NCBI GenBank assembly: GCA_951406725.2
Contig: OX597827.1
Coordinates: 80,600,001 to 80,664,000 of the forward strand
DNA: 64,000 nucleotides
Direction: 5' to 3'
Source: Octopus vulgaris
Taxonomy: Eukaryota
Shown: one piece after another, positions 39,210 through 53,152 of the stretch
Layout of the letters: the number at the start of each line of letters is the position of its first letter
Position numbering within the stretch: position 1 is the first letter of the stretch
Position numbers and translations under genes: made by a program
Notes under the pieces: generated by a model
The model's database searches: none
Seen by the model: only the letters and a program-made list of their open reading frames with translations
Told to the model about the DNA's origin: nothing

Positions 39210-39363
39210 CTGATACTCCTGGTATTTCTTCGTAATGTTTCAGGTCTCCATGTCTACCACTTCTCTTGGATGACATTGTATCTGATGTATAGTTACAAAC
39301 CATAGTAGCATTATCTTCCACAGCATCATCACTTGATGTCACCACAACAGGTTGACAGTATTT
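39210..39363 (-). CDS. Pcdh: G4 cytoplasmic exon
   Basis: 154 nt, CAG acceptor, G|GTAAAT donor. Confidence 0.87.
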
Positions 39364-39535
39364 CTGTTGACAAACAAACGATAAAGAAATGTGAGAAGAC
39401 ACCAAACAATGGAAGTTGACAATCAACATGGATAGAGAACAATTTAATATTGGAATGTATTATTGAAGTTAAAACATATTCAAAGAGATTTCATTGTTCA
39501 CTTTTACAGAGAGAAAATGTAATGTTTCCACTTAC

Positions 39536-41911
39536 TGGGGTAGGTTTTGGTAAAGTTCTTGACTGAACTGAAGATTCATATTTGTTCTGTAGCTGACCTT
39601 CTGCATAACATTCACTCTTGGATCTCTCAGAATAGATATTCCGCTTCACCATCTCTTCTGCATTCCTCGACATAGCAACAGAAGTGTTAGTCTGGTACAA
39701 CAATTGTTTCATCTCTGCTCTACCTTGGTAGGCTGTATTCTTTGTGGCAGCAGCTGTGTTATCTCTGTGTTTAATACATTTCATAATACACAGCGTTATA
39801 GAAACAACAATAGCCACTGATATTATTACTGCTGATGATACAATGATAATAACCCATGTCATATGGACCCGACCTGAAGATTGTAAAGGTCCACTCTTCG
39901 ACATTGGTGATGTCTCGTTACTAACAGCCAATACCAAAGTGACACTAGTTGTTGATGACTGAACTGGACTACCACTGTCCTTCACAACAAACACCAGCTC
40001 ATAACTTCCAGCATCATTTAGATAAACTTGTCTGGAGAAGGATAAAGCACCACTGTGTGAGTTCATACTAAACAACTGTTTATCATTTCCTTGTATGATT
40101 GCATATCTGAGGAAAGCATTGTTTCCACTGTCCCCATCAGAGGCTCTCAAAACTGTGATGTCACTCTTACTCTGCGGATGGTACTGCACATTTAGCGTGT
40201 AAGGGTCACTACTAGGATATGTAAAATACGGAGCATTGTCATTTTGATCTAGAATCTCAACAACAACATTCGCTGTGTCATTCAGAGATGGGCTTCCATT
40301 ATCTTTGACAAAAACCTCAAACTTATACACATCTTGTTTCTCTCTGTCCAATGACATGGTCGCTGAAATGAAGCCATAACTGGTGATGAGAAATGGGAGA
40401 TTGGATTTTTCTTTACGCAGCAGAGAATATGTGAGTTGTCCAGCAGATCCAAGATCAGGGTCAGTGGCATTGACAAAACCAATAGGGAAGTCTTTATCTT
40501 TGTTTTCGTAGGTGAGGAATTGGAATGTATCTTTGGTAAACTGTGGTTGTACATCGTTGATGTCAGTCACTTGGATAGAGAGGCTTTTAACACTTTTAAG
40601 AGGAGGTAATCCTTTATCTTGACAGGAGACAGGAATGTTATAGTGTCCTTGTGTTTCTCTGTCCACTGGTTTGTTTAGAATGATTTTATATTCTTTAGAT
40701 CCCATTGACTGTAGTTTGAATGTATCATGTTTGATATCACAGCTGACCTCTCCATTTTGTCCCACATCATTGTCAGTGACCATCACATAAGCAATGAAAC
40801 TACCAACTTTGATGTTTTCAGAAATGGTAGCTGTGTTGTCATTGATTGCATTAACATAATCAATATCAATAGCTGGAGGATTGTTGTGTTGGTTGATAAC
40901 ATTTACTAGAACTGTTGCTATAGAAATGAGAGGAGGGCTGCCCCCATCTCTGGCCTCTATAAATAGTTCATAGGTTTTCTTTTTCCCAAAATTTGAATAT
41001 TCCCTTAACAGAATATTTCCACTGGTTTCGTTCAATTGAAAATAGCTTTTTGCTATATCTGATGTCTTTGGACTGAAATGGAAAGTAATTTTACCATTTT
41101 CACCAGAATCAGCATCAGTTACAGATAAAACAATGATGGGTTTAGACTTATGATGTGTACTTTGTATGGATATATTATATAAAGGTTTAGAAAACTCTGG
41201 TGGGTTGTCGTTAACATCAATTACAGAAATATTTATATTCAAAATCCCTTGTTTTGCTGGCGACCCTCCATCTTTAGCTATGACTTGTAATAAATATGTA
41301 TCTTTGATTTCTCTGTCTAATGTTTCTTTTAAAACTATCTTAAGAGAAGAAATACCATCAGCTCTTTTAGACACTGACAGAGAGAATGGTTCTCCATTCT
41401 TTGATCGTAATTTATATTGTATTAAGGAGTTTTGAAATCCAACATCTTTGTCTATAGCATTGGGTATTGATCTTTTTGCACCTTTGCGATCATCTTCACT
41501 AAACAGTATATTGACATTTCTCATAGGAAAGTTTGGTTCATGGTCATTGATATCTTCTATTACGATTTTGATTTTTAATATTTTTGAAACACTGGTCCCT
41601 TTATTGACAACAACCTTCATAGTTCTGGAACATTCTTTGTTGAATGTGCAGAGATCTTCTGCATCCAGTGTCTGAGCAGTGTACAGTTTACCTGTTTTGG
41701 TGATGTTAAATAACTGTGCCACCTTTCGTTTGAATTGACTGAATGTTATCAAATGTTGGTCAGATGGTTTAACATTGTCTAAGAGTTTAGAATCGGCAGC
41801 AATGTCTGCTACATATGTTCCTGGACTTCTCTCTTCTTCCACATGGTAGGTGAGGTCTATGGTCAGGACACAGTGGACCATTGATAATACAATAGACAAT
41901 GGCAGGAACAT
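39536..41911 (-). CDS. Pcdh: Protocadherin G4 main exon, intact (792 codons)
   Basis: Uninterrupted ORF with 6 cadherin repeats and TM; donor CCA|GTAAGT; acceptor at 41966. Confidence 0.95.
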
Positions 41912-42171
41912 GTTGCTGTTGAGTGTTGGAATGATTAGCTATCTGAAGGTGTGGCATTGGTTGAACCTGAAATGGAAATATGTTTCCTTGAACAAATGTT
42001 ATAAGAAATAAGTTACAATTCAAACGATACAATTAACCATGGAAACATTAGAAATGTATGGCTGTAGTATTTTACAGCAATTCATTTGATAGATTAAAGT
42101 GTTTATGTCTCAATGCATCCATAGAAGCAAAGAACAACAACAACTGGTACAGTTCTATATTTAAGATATTG

Positions 42172-42430
42172 AGGAATTATTTACATTATTTACATTTACA
42201 TTTGACGGATATTTGTCCCCATCTTGTTTGTTAACACAAAACTTCAGCTAATATACCCTCCAGCCTTCATCAGGTGTCTTGAGGAAATTTTGAACCTGGG
42301 TTCTCATTCCTAAGGTATTTTTCCATGTTATTATTACTATTATGATTATTATTATTATTATTATTGCCTGGAATCGAACTCAGAATCTTGGTGTTAGTAG
42401 CCTGTGCTCTTAACCACTACACATACGCCC
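42172..42430 (-). mobile_element. tRNA-headed SINE (family B), second copy
   Basis: Homologous to 7530-7800. Confidence 0.7.
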
Positions 42431-43074
42431 ATAAATAATGAACTAATGGTTCTTTTACATCAGTGTGGGCTTGTTATTTACTGCCCTTTCTTTTCCCAAT
42501 TTACAAAACTATTTGACTTCATTCCTAACTTCCCACAATCCTCTGGCATTTACACCAAGCTCTGCTCTTTTTTACGCTTTAGCATAGTATATTCCACATG
42601 CAGTCTCTCACTAATCATGGACTCTGTTTCTAATGGGAAACTCTGAGTATATGCTGGATGTATGCAGAGTGTGTTTTTCAGTGTTGTTAAATGTGTACGT
42701 GAATCTAATTTTTAACAACACTGAAAGACACTCCACACAACCAAGAAAACGTATCAATATTCTATGGACACAGAAACAGCAAAATATTACACAAGAAACT
42801 CTAAAGAACTAAATAGAAACTCTATATTAGTGTGTAAAACATGTGTTTTCCTTTGTATTAACAGTTAGAAGTAACATACACTCTCTGATGACTGTGCAGA
42901 AATCAGTTGCCAAAAAGACCAAACAAGGGCAACAAAACGAATAGTTTCTAGGGAAGAGGAGGTAATGACTGGCAGGACAGAAAGGGTAAAGAGCAGCAGA
43001 ATAACAATAATAACAATAAAACATTAGAATACCAATATAGAAGGGAATGATTGTGTGTGTGTGTGCGTGTGTGC

Positions 43075-43112
<38 letters not shown>

Positions 43113-43534
43113 GTGTGATATTATGACTGGTTGTTCAGTGCTTTTCAAGACTTACAGAACACCTCTTCTATTTGACAGGAAAAGAATCCAGCACTAAAAT
43201 CCTACCATAAATACATTGATGTTCAACCTATGACACCTTGGCACAAAAGGGACATAAAAGAAACAAAAAAAGAATTTCTTCCTAGCTATGTTGTTATGAT
43301 AGATCTGAAGATAGAGGCAGGTTTTTCAACACATGAAATGTTGCACTAAATCTTGATGTTTTCATTATTACAGAAACCATTGCAAAGATCTCAGTGTCAT
43401 ATTTAATCACAGACTACTTAGATAGGAATCGTTTCTGTGGCTATCCCTACTTTTTGTCTCTTCAATTGGAACCAGTCCGTCCTAGTTTCATTCACATTGC
43501 TTATTACCTCATACTGATTAATTAAAATGTCATT

Positions 43535-43808
43535 AGCGCCGCCTCGACTGTCTTCCGTGCCGGTGGCACGTAAAATACACCAATCCGACCGTGGCCGTTG
43601 CCAGCCTCGCCTGGCACCTGTGCAGGTGGCACGTAAAAAGCACCCACTACACTCACGGAGTGGTTGGCGTTAGGAAGGGCATCCAGCTGTAGAAACATTG
43701 CCAGATAAGACTGGAGCCTGGTGCTGCCTTCTGGCTTCCCAGATCCCCGGTCGAACCGTCCAACCCATGCTAGCATGGAGAACGGACGTTAAACGATGAT
43801 GATGATGA
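43535..43808 (+). mobile_element. (GAT)n-tailed RTE-related repeat
   Basis: Near-consensus copy; followed by a family A SINE at 43810-43985. Confidence 0.8.
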
Positions 43809-44146
43809 TAAGGTGGTGAGCTGGGTAAAATGCTTAGCAGCATTTTGTCCATCTTTACGTTTTGAGTTCAAATTCCACTGAGGTTAACTTTGTCTATTGT
43901 CCTTTTGGGGTCAATAAAATATGCACCAGTTGAACTCTGGGGTCGATGTAACCAACTTACCCCCTTTCCCCCTCTACCAAAATTTCAAACTTATATTTAC
44001 TGAATATAAAATATTTCTAGTAAAATGCAATCACTTAAGAACATAATTAAATGATCAATAATGATATCCAACAATTTAATTAATTCTTGTTTGGTATTAT
44101 TTTTATATAGATGAGAAAACTGAAAACAACATAGCAATATAATCTA

Positions 44147-44498
44147 AACAAGAGCACTCAGAGAGCGCAAACCTCTGCCAAGGCAACACCAACATCCTCT
44201 CAACGATTAGCCAAAGATAATTTTTAAAATGAGAATGTCTCAAATAAACTTGACTGCTCTCATGAACGAGAATACTAAAAATGAACCTAACTGTTCTCAA
44301 ATATTTAGTAAAAACAGAGGAAAAATAATCCAGAATCCTTGTCCGGTACCGGATTGATTCCAAAATCTAATCAGTTCATGCCAGTCACAAGGCCAAACAT
44401 CCCTGAAAGTTTCATCCAGTGGTTCTTGAGATATCTTGCCCATGGACAAACAAACACAACTAAAAACAATACCTCCACCTTCACTAAGGCAGAGGTAA
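44147..44498 (-). mobile_element. Helentron/DINE-like non-autonomous element
   Basis: 5' TTACCTCTGCC with nearby GGTGGAGG, subterminal inverted GGCAGAGG and 3' hairpin GCGCTCTCTGAGTGC. Confidence 0.55.
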
Positions 44499-44821
44499 TT
44501 ATGACAGAGAATAATAAAAACATATGAGTAACAGAAGTTCAGTAATTGAAATCAAATTTTGTAATTTAATTTCAGATTCTACAGTAATGATATTTCACAT
44601 TCATTATTATCTTTGACATCTTCTATTTCTATCAACATTGCTCCATCTCCCACATCCATCGTCACCATCACTTCTCCCCTGCCTAACATCAAAGCTTTTG
44701 CTGCAGCCTCCATCATCACCACTCTTGTCACCATCAACACAATCACATATATAGCTTTCCTGGAAATACTGCATAATGCAGGATAGGGTGCACATGTGCA
44801 TATGTATACACACACACACAC

Positions 44822-45041
44822 ATGAGGGGGTGCTGAAAAGTTCCTGGCTTTGGATAAAAGAAAATACAGGAGAATCAGTTAATCCTGATTTTATTGAACA
44901 TATTCCCCTCTCAGACTCGCACACTTATTACAGTGGTCCTTCAGTTTTTCTGAGCCCTGTAAAAGAACTCAGAAGGCTGGGCCTCCAATCAGGCCTTTCA
45001 CGATATCCTTACAGCCAAGAACTTTTCAGTAAACCCTCGTA
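44822..45041. mobile_element. Tc1/mariner-type MITE
   Basis: ~27-bp TIRs GAGGGGGTGCTGAAAAGTTCCTGGCT / AGCCAAGAACTTTTCAGTAAACCCTCG, TA at the right end. Confidence 0.75.
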
Positions 45042-48000
45042 CACACACACACAAATAAGTACAGACAGGCAGGCAGACAGACAGATATGGTAACCTCTCA
45101 AGACTGAGAAAGTGATTCTACAATTTCTTGCTGAACACCTTCCACAGCTGATTTGTTTGTTCTGGATGTTAGCTCACTCCCTTCATCAATTCGACATTAC
45201 CTGTACAGGTGTACAGGTGTCACATGTCAGGTGTCAAAGTGACCACAGAGCTATGAGAGAGGAAGTGATTTGCTGAAGAACACAACAAACCACCTGGTCC
45301 AGGAATCAAACAATGGTCTCATGACTGTGTTTATTTCCTACTTTAATCACCCTTCTCATTTTGGGGACAAGGTAACCTCTCTAATGTAGGTGCCACGACA
45401 AAATGCAGCTGTAAAATGGTTGACAAATAAACAGAGATAGTGTAAAAGAAATGCTTTCATTTTGCTGGGGAAAAGACTCTCTCAGTGCTGAAGCTGTGAT
45501 AAAATAAGCCCAGCACACAGTGTAAAAAGGCTCAGTGTTAGGGCTTCCAGACATAGAAACAATGCCAGAAATGGGATATACAAGCAACATATAGTCTGCA
45601 GTATGTCTTGAAGTACAGTAACTCTAAATAAGATCTGACTCAGACTGTCAACTAACGAACTTATGTACAACTTATGAAAGCATTGAAGTGATTGTAAAAT
45701 GATGAGATGATCGTCTAAATCTGGGTCTAAACATTTTGACTACATAGATTCAGCAGATATCAGAGTGGATGCCCACATGATATACCGTTTCCCCTCTCTT
45801 TACGTAAATACTCTATTTGGTGTCATGGAAACAACAATGGCCTGCCAGCTACTGAAAACCTAATGCCCATTTGCCATTAGATCTGCAAAAGAACCTATGC
45901 AGTGTACAGACAAAACCTTTAGTCTGCAGACAATCTTGGGGTAACCACTTGCTATTACACTCCTCATAAATTAGGTAAGTAAAAAGAAGATACCAAGCTA
46001 AAACACCCAACAATAGAAGGGGGCTATCCAACACTCAGCAGTTTCTCCTATGAACTAATATGGGGCCAATGTTTATACTAAGAATCAGTACAATAATGTA
46101 GGTACTACATTGGAAGGGATATTAGGTTATCTCTCAATAAAACTCCTTATATAGCAAGCAACCCGTATCAACTAGAATAGAAGCAACTCTTTATGCCAGA
46201 ACTCTATACAACTGTTATGGATCTCAAAATAGTTCCCCATTAAGCCTAACACGATGACTTATGAGCATTAAGGATTAAAGGCTGATGAAAGAAGAGGGGA
46301 TTCTTTAAGACAGATCATGGATTACCATGCTCCTGGGGTTGATGATGTGATAGAAATGTTTTTTTCTAAACACAGTTCTATGAATAAGAACAACACAGAG
46401 AAGAGTGGAATCCTTATGTTAGAGGGGATACAGCCTCTCTCAGCCTCTCTGAGGCTGGTGAAAATATAAAGACAGGGCTTTAATTTTCCTGAGCATAAGC
46501 AAACCTCTCTAGTATTAGAGTCACAATGAGAAACATGCAGGTTATTTCCAAAGTGAAACTGTGACAACGTAGGGTTGATAGGACTTTTTGATTCTACTGG
46601 GGGAAAGCAAATCTCTGTAATGCTGCTGTCACAATAAAATGGCCAATGCATTCTCAAGTGGTTGATGACAGAAAGGCAATCCAGGTTTCGAAATCATGTC
46701 ATAAAATGGAATGTGTGCAAGTTTGTGTGTATGTGTATGTGTGTGTGTGTGTGTGTTTGTGTGTGTATGTATGTGTCTGTGTGTGTGTGCATGTGTGTGT
46801 TTGTGTGTGGTGTGACAGTCATCGACCCATCAAGGAGGGAGATAAGAATAACACAGTTTTCGACCATAAAGACTCTTCCAACTCATGTCAGTATAGAAAA
46901 GCAAACAAAATGATGATCATGAAAATAGTGGAAGGAATTACATTAAAGATTAATTAAACTTAATTAAATGATTTATAACGACAACTACGTTGGTTAAAAA
47001 TATAAAGTGATGTATATTTGTGTATAGACACACACACACATTTATTTATTTATAGATGTGAGTTATGTTATTCATATCAACATATCAAATTATTTGTTAT
47101 GGACCTTTGAGTGAATAGGATTAGGTTTAACAGTTCACCTGGTCACATTCCTGTGTCAAAGAATTCTTGCTGCATTCTATATAAGTAGTATTTTCAATGC
47201 TATTCACCTAATTTTCCCTTTTTATGCATTTCATATATATTACACAAACAGCCTTCATGTAAATATTTGTTTCTTCCAAAGTCGTTCAATACAATAATAA
47301 TAATAATAAAAAAAGCAATTTATACTAACTTCTAGAATCCTCTATTTAATATAAATCTTAGTTAATTATTCCATTAATCGTTGAGTGTGTGTATAGAGAT
47401 CAATGAGGTCCCTGTAATACTAAGATTAAAGATTACACTTGGAAAGAGAGGCCAAGAACAGAGAGAATACTGAGACAAAATCGAAATTGGAATCACAGTC
47501 ATTTTAAAATCTCAATAAAAGCGAATGTCTTTAGAAAAGGAAAATCTAAAACAAATTATAAAATCTAGTTTAGTTTCAAATAGTTTAAAATATGAAAATG
47601 ATTTGAGTCACTGTTTCTGACAAATAGACAGTCAATGATGAAGAAATCTTGAATGAGAAGAATGACAAAAGAATAAATGACATCGGAGTGTTAATGTGAT
47701 GAGTGAAAGGTTTGAGAGAAGAGAATAAATAAATACAAGTTGAAGTGGAAAAAATTTGTGAGGAGAACAGATTTTTAATGATAGCAGTTTCGGTGATTTC
47801 CACAAAAACATTATAAAATGTTCTGAGACTATACTGAGATTATAGCAAGTGAGGATGAATTGCTTATAATTACATTTGTATATTTAATTCATATTGAAAA
47901 ACAATTCAACTTTAATTTCTGTGAAATGTTAGCTTCAAAAATTCTTTTATCAAAATCCCTGAGAAAATACTGGAAAATGTGGGGTAAAAACTATGATAAA

Positions 48001-48731
48001 AAAAAATCTGAACTGAATTTACACAAGTAAATAAAATATGAAAATAGATGAAGAAGGAAGATGTATTTAAAACACTTTATCATACTTATATATATTTTTA
48101 AAAGTAATCATATAACAAATAAATATTGTATACACTCTGTCAATTCCACAGAGTTGGTTGTTCACATTTGAATGGCCTATCCAACATTCTATCATTTTCA
48201 TTCGTGTCAATACTACTATGTCCACCATTAGCTGAGATCTGCAACGTGCGATTACCTCATCACCTACTACTAACAATCTACATACGGTAAGCAGATTTAA
48301 ATACATTTTGGTATTTTACTTCATATTTTATACAAAACATCATGCATCCAATGTATGATGGCTAAAAGAGATGAAAAAACAAATCTTCCATAAACCATCA
48401 ACGATATATTGATACAATATATTTATAATAATACAATATTATTTATAATAAGAGAAACTTTATATTATGAAGACTGTTCTCCGTAAATATTATGGAGACA
48501 GGTAATATTGTTTCAATGGATTAAAGATTAAATATTAACCATTTCAAGCATCATCATCTCACAAATTGTGATGAAAAACAATATGAACAGCATTATTGAA
48601 AAATATGGGTGAATTATTGTTCAATCTCTTTGTTCCTTTGTTAAAATTAAACATGTTAGAAGAACATTTTGCAGATTTAGTGAGATTTATAATATCAAAT
48701 GAGATTATAAAAAGATTAAATAGAGACTTAC

Positions 48732-48970
48732 CTTTTTAATAATTATATCATTGGTTATTCAGTGAGAAAGAGAAAGATGTATTGTTGTAGAAAGATCCAT
48801 TGTAAGTGCTGCTGTAATGGTGTGACAATGGCTGTTATGGTGATGGAGTAGTGTAGCACGTCAGGCAGAGAGTCTGCTGCTAGGAGAGGGTTGCATGTGT
48901 CACTGAAGTTGTATGTTTTGTGGGAGTACGTCCATCTAATAATATTCTGTATGTATTTACCCTTAAAGAT
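48732..48970 (-). other. Non-coding leader exon of G4
   Basis: Conserved block; donor GTAAGT 48726-48731. Confidence 0.75.
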
Positions 48971-48981
48971 GATAATTACTA

Positions 48982-49024
<43 letters not shown>

Positions 49025-49131
49025 CTATGAAATTCTAGAGTTTAACCTACCACAATTGTTTAATTTACTAACATCAGTAATGTGAATGCTTAGCTTTCTC
49101 AGAGATATATTTCTATATTTTAGTGACAATT

Positions 49132-49164
49132 TGATTGGTTGAATGACCTTAACAGAAGACCAAT
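49132..49164 (-). promoter_or_regulatory. CCAAT-box pair, putative G4 promoter
   Basis: TGATTGGTT...ACCAAT. Confidence 0.65.
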
Positions 49165-49827
49165 GGCAATCTTCTCTTTAATATTGATTTGATTAGGCAT
49201 AACTGCTTGAACTTATACAAAGAAGAAAGTGAAATTCTTTTTCTTTAGAATTACTAGCATTGATTGTATTTATTCAGAATTATATTACTCCTAAAATTCA
49301 TGAATTTAAATGCTTGTTTAAATTTATATTCATTTACATTTTAATGAAAATATTTGTAGACTGTCACAAGAATGTTGTGATTTCTCATTGATATTGTCTA
49401 AAATAGAAATAAAATTAAATAATTGAGCTCTAATTACAAATATTTGTGAAATATTAGTCTCAAATTAAGAAGTAACAACTCTGAGCTAAATTTAGAATTC
49501 AGTATTATTTAGCCTACAAAAAGGAGAGATATTTAGCGTTCAAAACAAGCACTATGTGTAGAAATAATCTGTTTGAATGTACACAAAAAATAAACATGAC
49601 ATAATTAGATCAACAAAGAAAACTATAGCTTTAAACTTCATCTTTTCTTATCAGAACTATTACTTATTTATTAACACTTCTATCTTCACATATATACACT
49701 GTTGTAATGACGGTAAATGTTGATATTGCATATGTATTGAAGAAGTACTATCTTAAATTACATATATTATCATATATTATAATATATTATAATATATTAT
49801 AATAGTTATGTTATTTCAATAACATAA

Positions 49828-49904
49828 TTAAACATGTTTCACTGGTGTCTCTTCACTGGAATCTTTTGATGTAGATGTATCATTGTTTTTATATATACTT
49901 TGAT
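49828..49904 (-). CDS. Pcdh: G5 terminal coding exon (DQSIYKNNDTSTSKDSSEETPVKHV*)
   Basis: TTTCAG acceptor, 77 nt. Confidence 0.82.
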
Positions 49905-50451
49905 CTGAAATTTAGAGACAGAATACATTATAAATGTGGCATTTATGTTGATGATTTAATCAAAGATATGACAATAAAAGAGAAAAATATGATGATGATA
50001 TAAACATATTTCGGATTCAAAAGCAGAGAAATATTTCTAGGGAAATGACAAGTGGCCAAGGGCTTTTGTGATAAGCCATGCTTTAGAAGATTTGTCAAGC
50101 CACATGAAATCATAAACGTTACTAGTGCCAGTGTCATGTGATAGGCACCCATCCCAGTGGCACATGAAAGCAACTGCCGTGCCAGTGGCATGTAAAAAGC
50201 AGCCATTACAATCTTGGAGTGGTTGGCACCCAGCTGTACAAACCATACCAAACAAGACTGGAGCTTGGCGTAGCTCTTCAGCTTACCAATTCCAATCAAG
50301 CCATCTAACCCATGCCAGCATGGAAAGCAGATGCCGAATGATGATGATGATGGGTAATTTATCCTTTACTAATTACTATAACTTATAAGTTTATAACAAA
50401 TAACTGCTAATATCTATGCATGAAGGACATATTGTCAATGTAGTTGCTAAC

Positions 50452-50605
50452 CTGATACTCCTGGTATTTCTTCGTAATGTTTCAACTCTCCATGTCTACC
50501 ACTTCTCTTGGATGACATTGTATCTGATGTATAGTTACAAACCATAGTAGCATTATCTTCCACAGCATCATCACTTGATGTCACCACAACAGGTTGACAG
50601 TATTT
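50452..50605 (-). CDS. Pcdh: G5 cytoplasmic exon
   Basis: 154 nt, G|GTTAGC donor. Confidence 0.87.
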
Positions 50606-50776
50606 CTGTTGACAAACAAACGATAAAGAAATGTGAGAAGACACCAAACAATGGAAGTTACAATCAACATGGAAAGAGAACAATTTAATATTGGAATGTA
50701 TTATTGAAGTTAAAACATATTCAAAGAGATTTCATTGTTCACTTTTACAGAGAGAAAATGTAATGTTTCCACTTAC

Positions 50777-53152
50777 TGGGGTAGGTTTTGGTAAAGTTCT
50801 CGACTGAACTGAAGATTCATATTTGTTCTGTAGCTGACCTTCTGCATAACATTCACTCTTGGATCTCTCAGAATAGATATTCCGCTTCACCATCTCTTCT
50901 GCATTCCTCGACATAGCAACAGAAGTGTTAGTCTGGTACAACAATTGTTTCATCTCTGCTCTACCTTGGTAGGCTGTATTCTTTGTGGCAGCAGCTGTGT
51001 TATCTCTGTGTTTAATACATTTCATAATACACAGCGTTATAGAAACAACAATAGCCACTGATATTATTACTGCTGATGATACAATGATAATAACCCATGT
51101 CATATGGACCCGACCTGAAGATTGTAAAGGTCCACTCTTCGACATTGGTGATGTCTCGTTACTAACAGCCAATACCAAAGTGACACTAGTTGTTGACGAC
51201 TGAACTGGACTACCACTGTCCTTCACAACAAACACCAGCTCATAACTTCCAGCATCATTGAGATAAACTTGTCTGGAGAAGGATAAAGCACCACTGTGTG
51301 AGTTCATACTAAACAACTGTTTATCATTTCCTTGTATGATTGCATATCTGAGGAAAGCATTGTTTCCACTGTCCCCATCAGAGGCTCTCAAAACTGTGAT
51401 GTCACTCTTACTCTGCGGATGGTACTGCACATTTAGCGTGTAAGGGTCACTACTAGGATATGTAAAATACGGAGCATTGTCATTTTGATCTAGAATCTCA
51501 ACAACAACATTCGCTGTGTCATTCAGAGATGGGCTTCCATTATCTTTGACAAAAACCTCAAACTTATACACATCTTGTTTCTCTCTGTCCAATGACATGG
51601 TCGCTGAAATGAAGCCATAACTGGTGATGAGAAATGGGAGATTGGATTTTTCTTTACGCAGCAGAGAATACGTGAGTTGTCCAGCAGATCCAAGATCAGG
51701 GTCAGTGGCATTGACAAAACCAATAGGGAAGTCTTTATCTTTGTTTTCGTAGGTGAGGAATTGGAATGTATCTTTGGTAAACTGTGGTTGTACATCGTTG
51801 ATGTCAGTCACTTGGATAGAGAGGCTTTTAACACTTTTGAGAGGAGGTAATCCTTTATCTTGACAGGAGACAGGAATGTTATAGTGTCCTTGTGTTTCTC
51901 TGTCCACTGGTTTGTTTAGAATGATTTTATATTCCTTGGATCCCATTGACTGTAGTTTGAATGTATCATGTTTGATATCACAGCTGACCTCTCCATTTTG
52001 TCCCACATCATTGTCAGTGACCATCACATAAGCAATGAAACTACCGACTTTAATGTTTTCAGAGATGGTAGCTGTGTTGTCATTGATTGCAGAAACATAA
52101 TCAATATCAATATTTGGGGGATTGTTGTGTTGATTGATAACATTTACCAGAACAGTTGCTATGGAATTGAGAGGTGGAATACCTCCGTCTCTGGCTTCTA
52201 CAAATAATTCATAGGTTTTCTTTTTTCCCAGATTTGAATATTCCCTCAACAGAATATTTCCACTGGTTTTATTTAACTGAAAATAGCTTTTTGCTAGATC
52301 TGATGTCTTTGGACTGAAATGGAAAGTAATTTTGCCATTTTCACCAGAATCAGCATCTGTTACAGATAAAACAATGATGGGTTTGGATTTATGATGTGTA
52401 CTTTGTATGGATATATTATATAAAGGTTTAGAAAATACAGGTGGGTTGTCGTTTAAATCTATTATTGAGATATTTATATTCAAAATACCTTGTTTTGCTG
52501 GTGAACCTCCATCTTTAGCTATGACTTGTAATAAATATGTATCTTTGATTTCTCTGTCTAATGATTCTTTTAAAACTATTTTAAGTGAAGAAATACCATC
52601 AGCTCTTTTAGACACTGACAGAGAGAATGGTTCTCCATTCTTTGATTTTAATTTATATTGAATTAAGGAGTTTTGAAATCCAACATCTTTGTCCATGGCA
52701 TTCGGTATTGATCTTTTTGAACTGATACGGTCATCTTCTCCAAACTGTATATTCACATTCTTTATAGGAAACTCTGGTTCATGGTCATTGATATCTTCTA
52801 TAACAATTTTGATTTTTAATATTTTTGAAACACTGATTCCTTTATTGACAACAACTTTCATAGTTCTAGAACATTCTTTGTTGAATGTGCAGAGATCTTC
52901 TGCATCCAGTGTCTGAGCAGTGTACAGTTTACCTGTTTTGGTGATGTTAAATAACTGTGCCACCTTTCGTTTGAATTGACTGAATGTTATCAAATGTTGG
53001 TCAGATGGTTTAACATTGTCTAAAAGTTTAGAATCGGCAGCAATGTCTGCTACATAGGTTCCTGGACTTCTCTCTTCTTCCACATGGTAGGTAAGGTCTA
53101 TGGTCAGGACACAGTGGACCATTGATAATACAATGGACAATGACAATAACAT
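50777..53152 (-). CDS. Pcdh: Protocadherin G5 main exon, intact (792 codons)
   Basis: Uninterrupted cadherin ORF; acceptor at 53193. Confidence 0.95.

Noticed and set aside
39491-39535. ORF-track C-terminus VSGNITFSLCKSEQ* as the main protein end
   Set aside because: It begins exactly at a consensus GTAAGT donor and an in-phase exon follows, so it is intron read-through unless retention is shown.
39744-39962. Repeated plus-strand and alternative-frame ORFs (MAAAVLSL..., MYNHSLPK..., MFDITADL...)
   Set aside because: Shadows of the protocadherin exon; they recur only because the DNA is homogenised.
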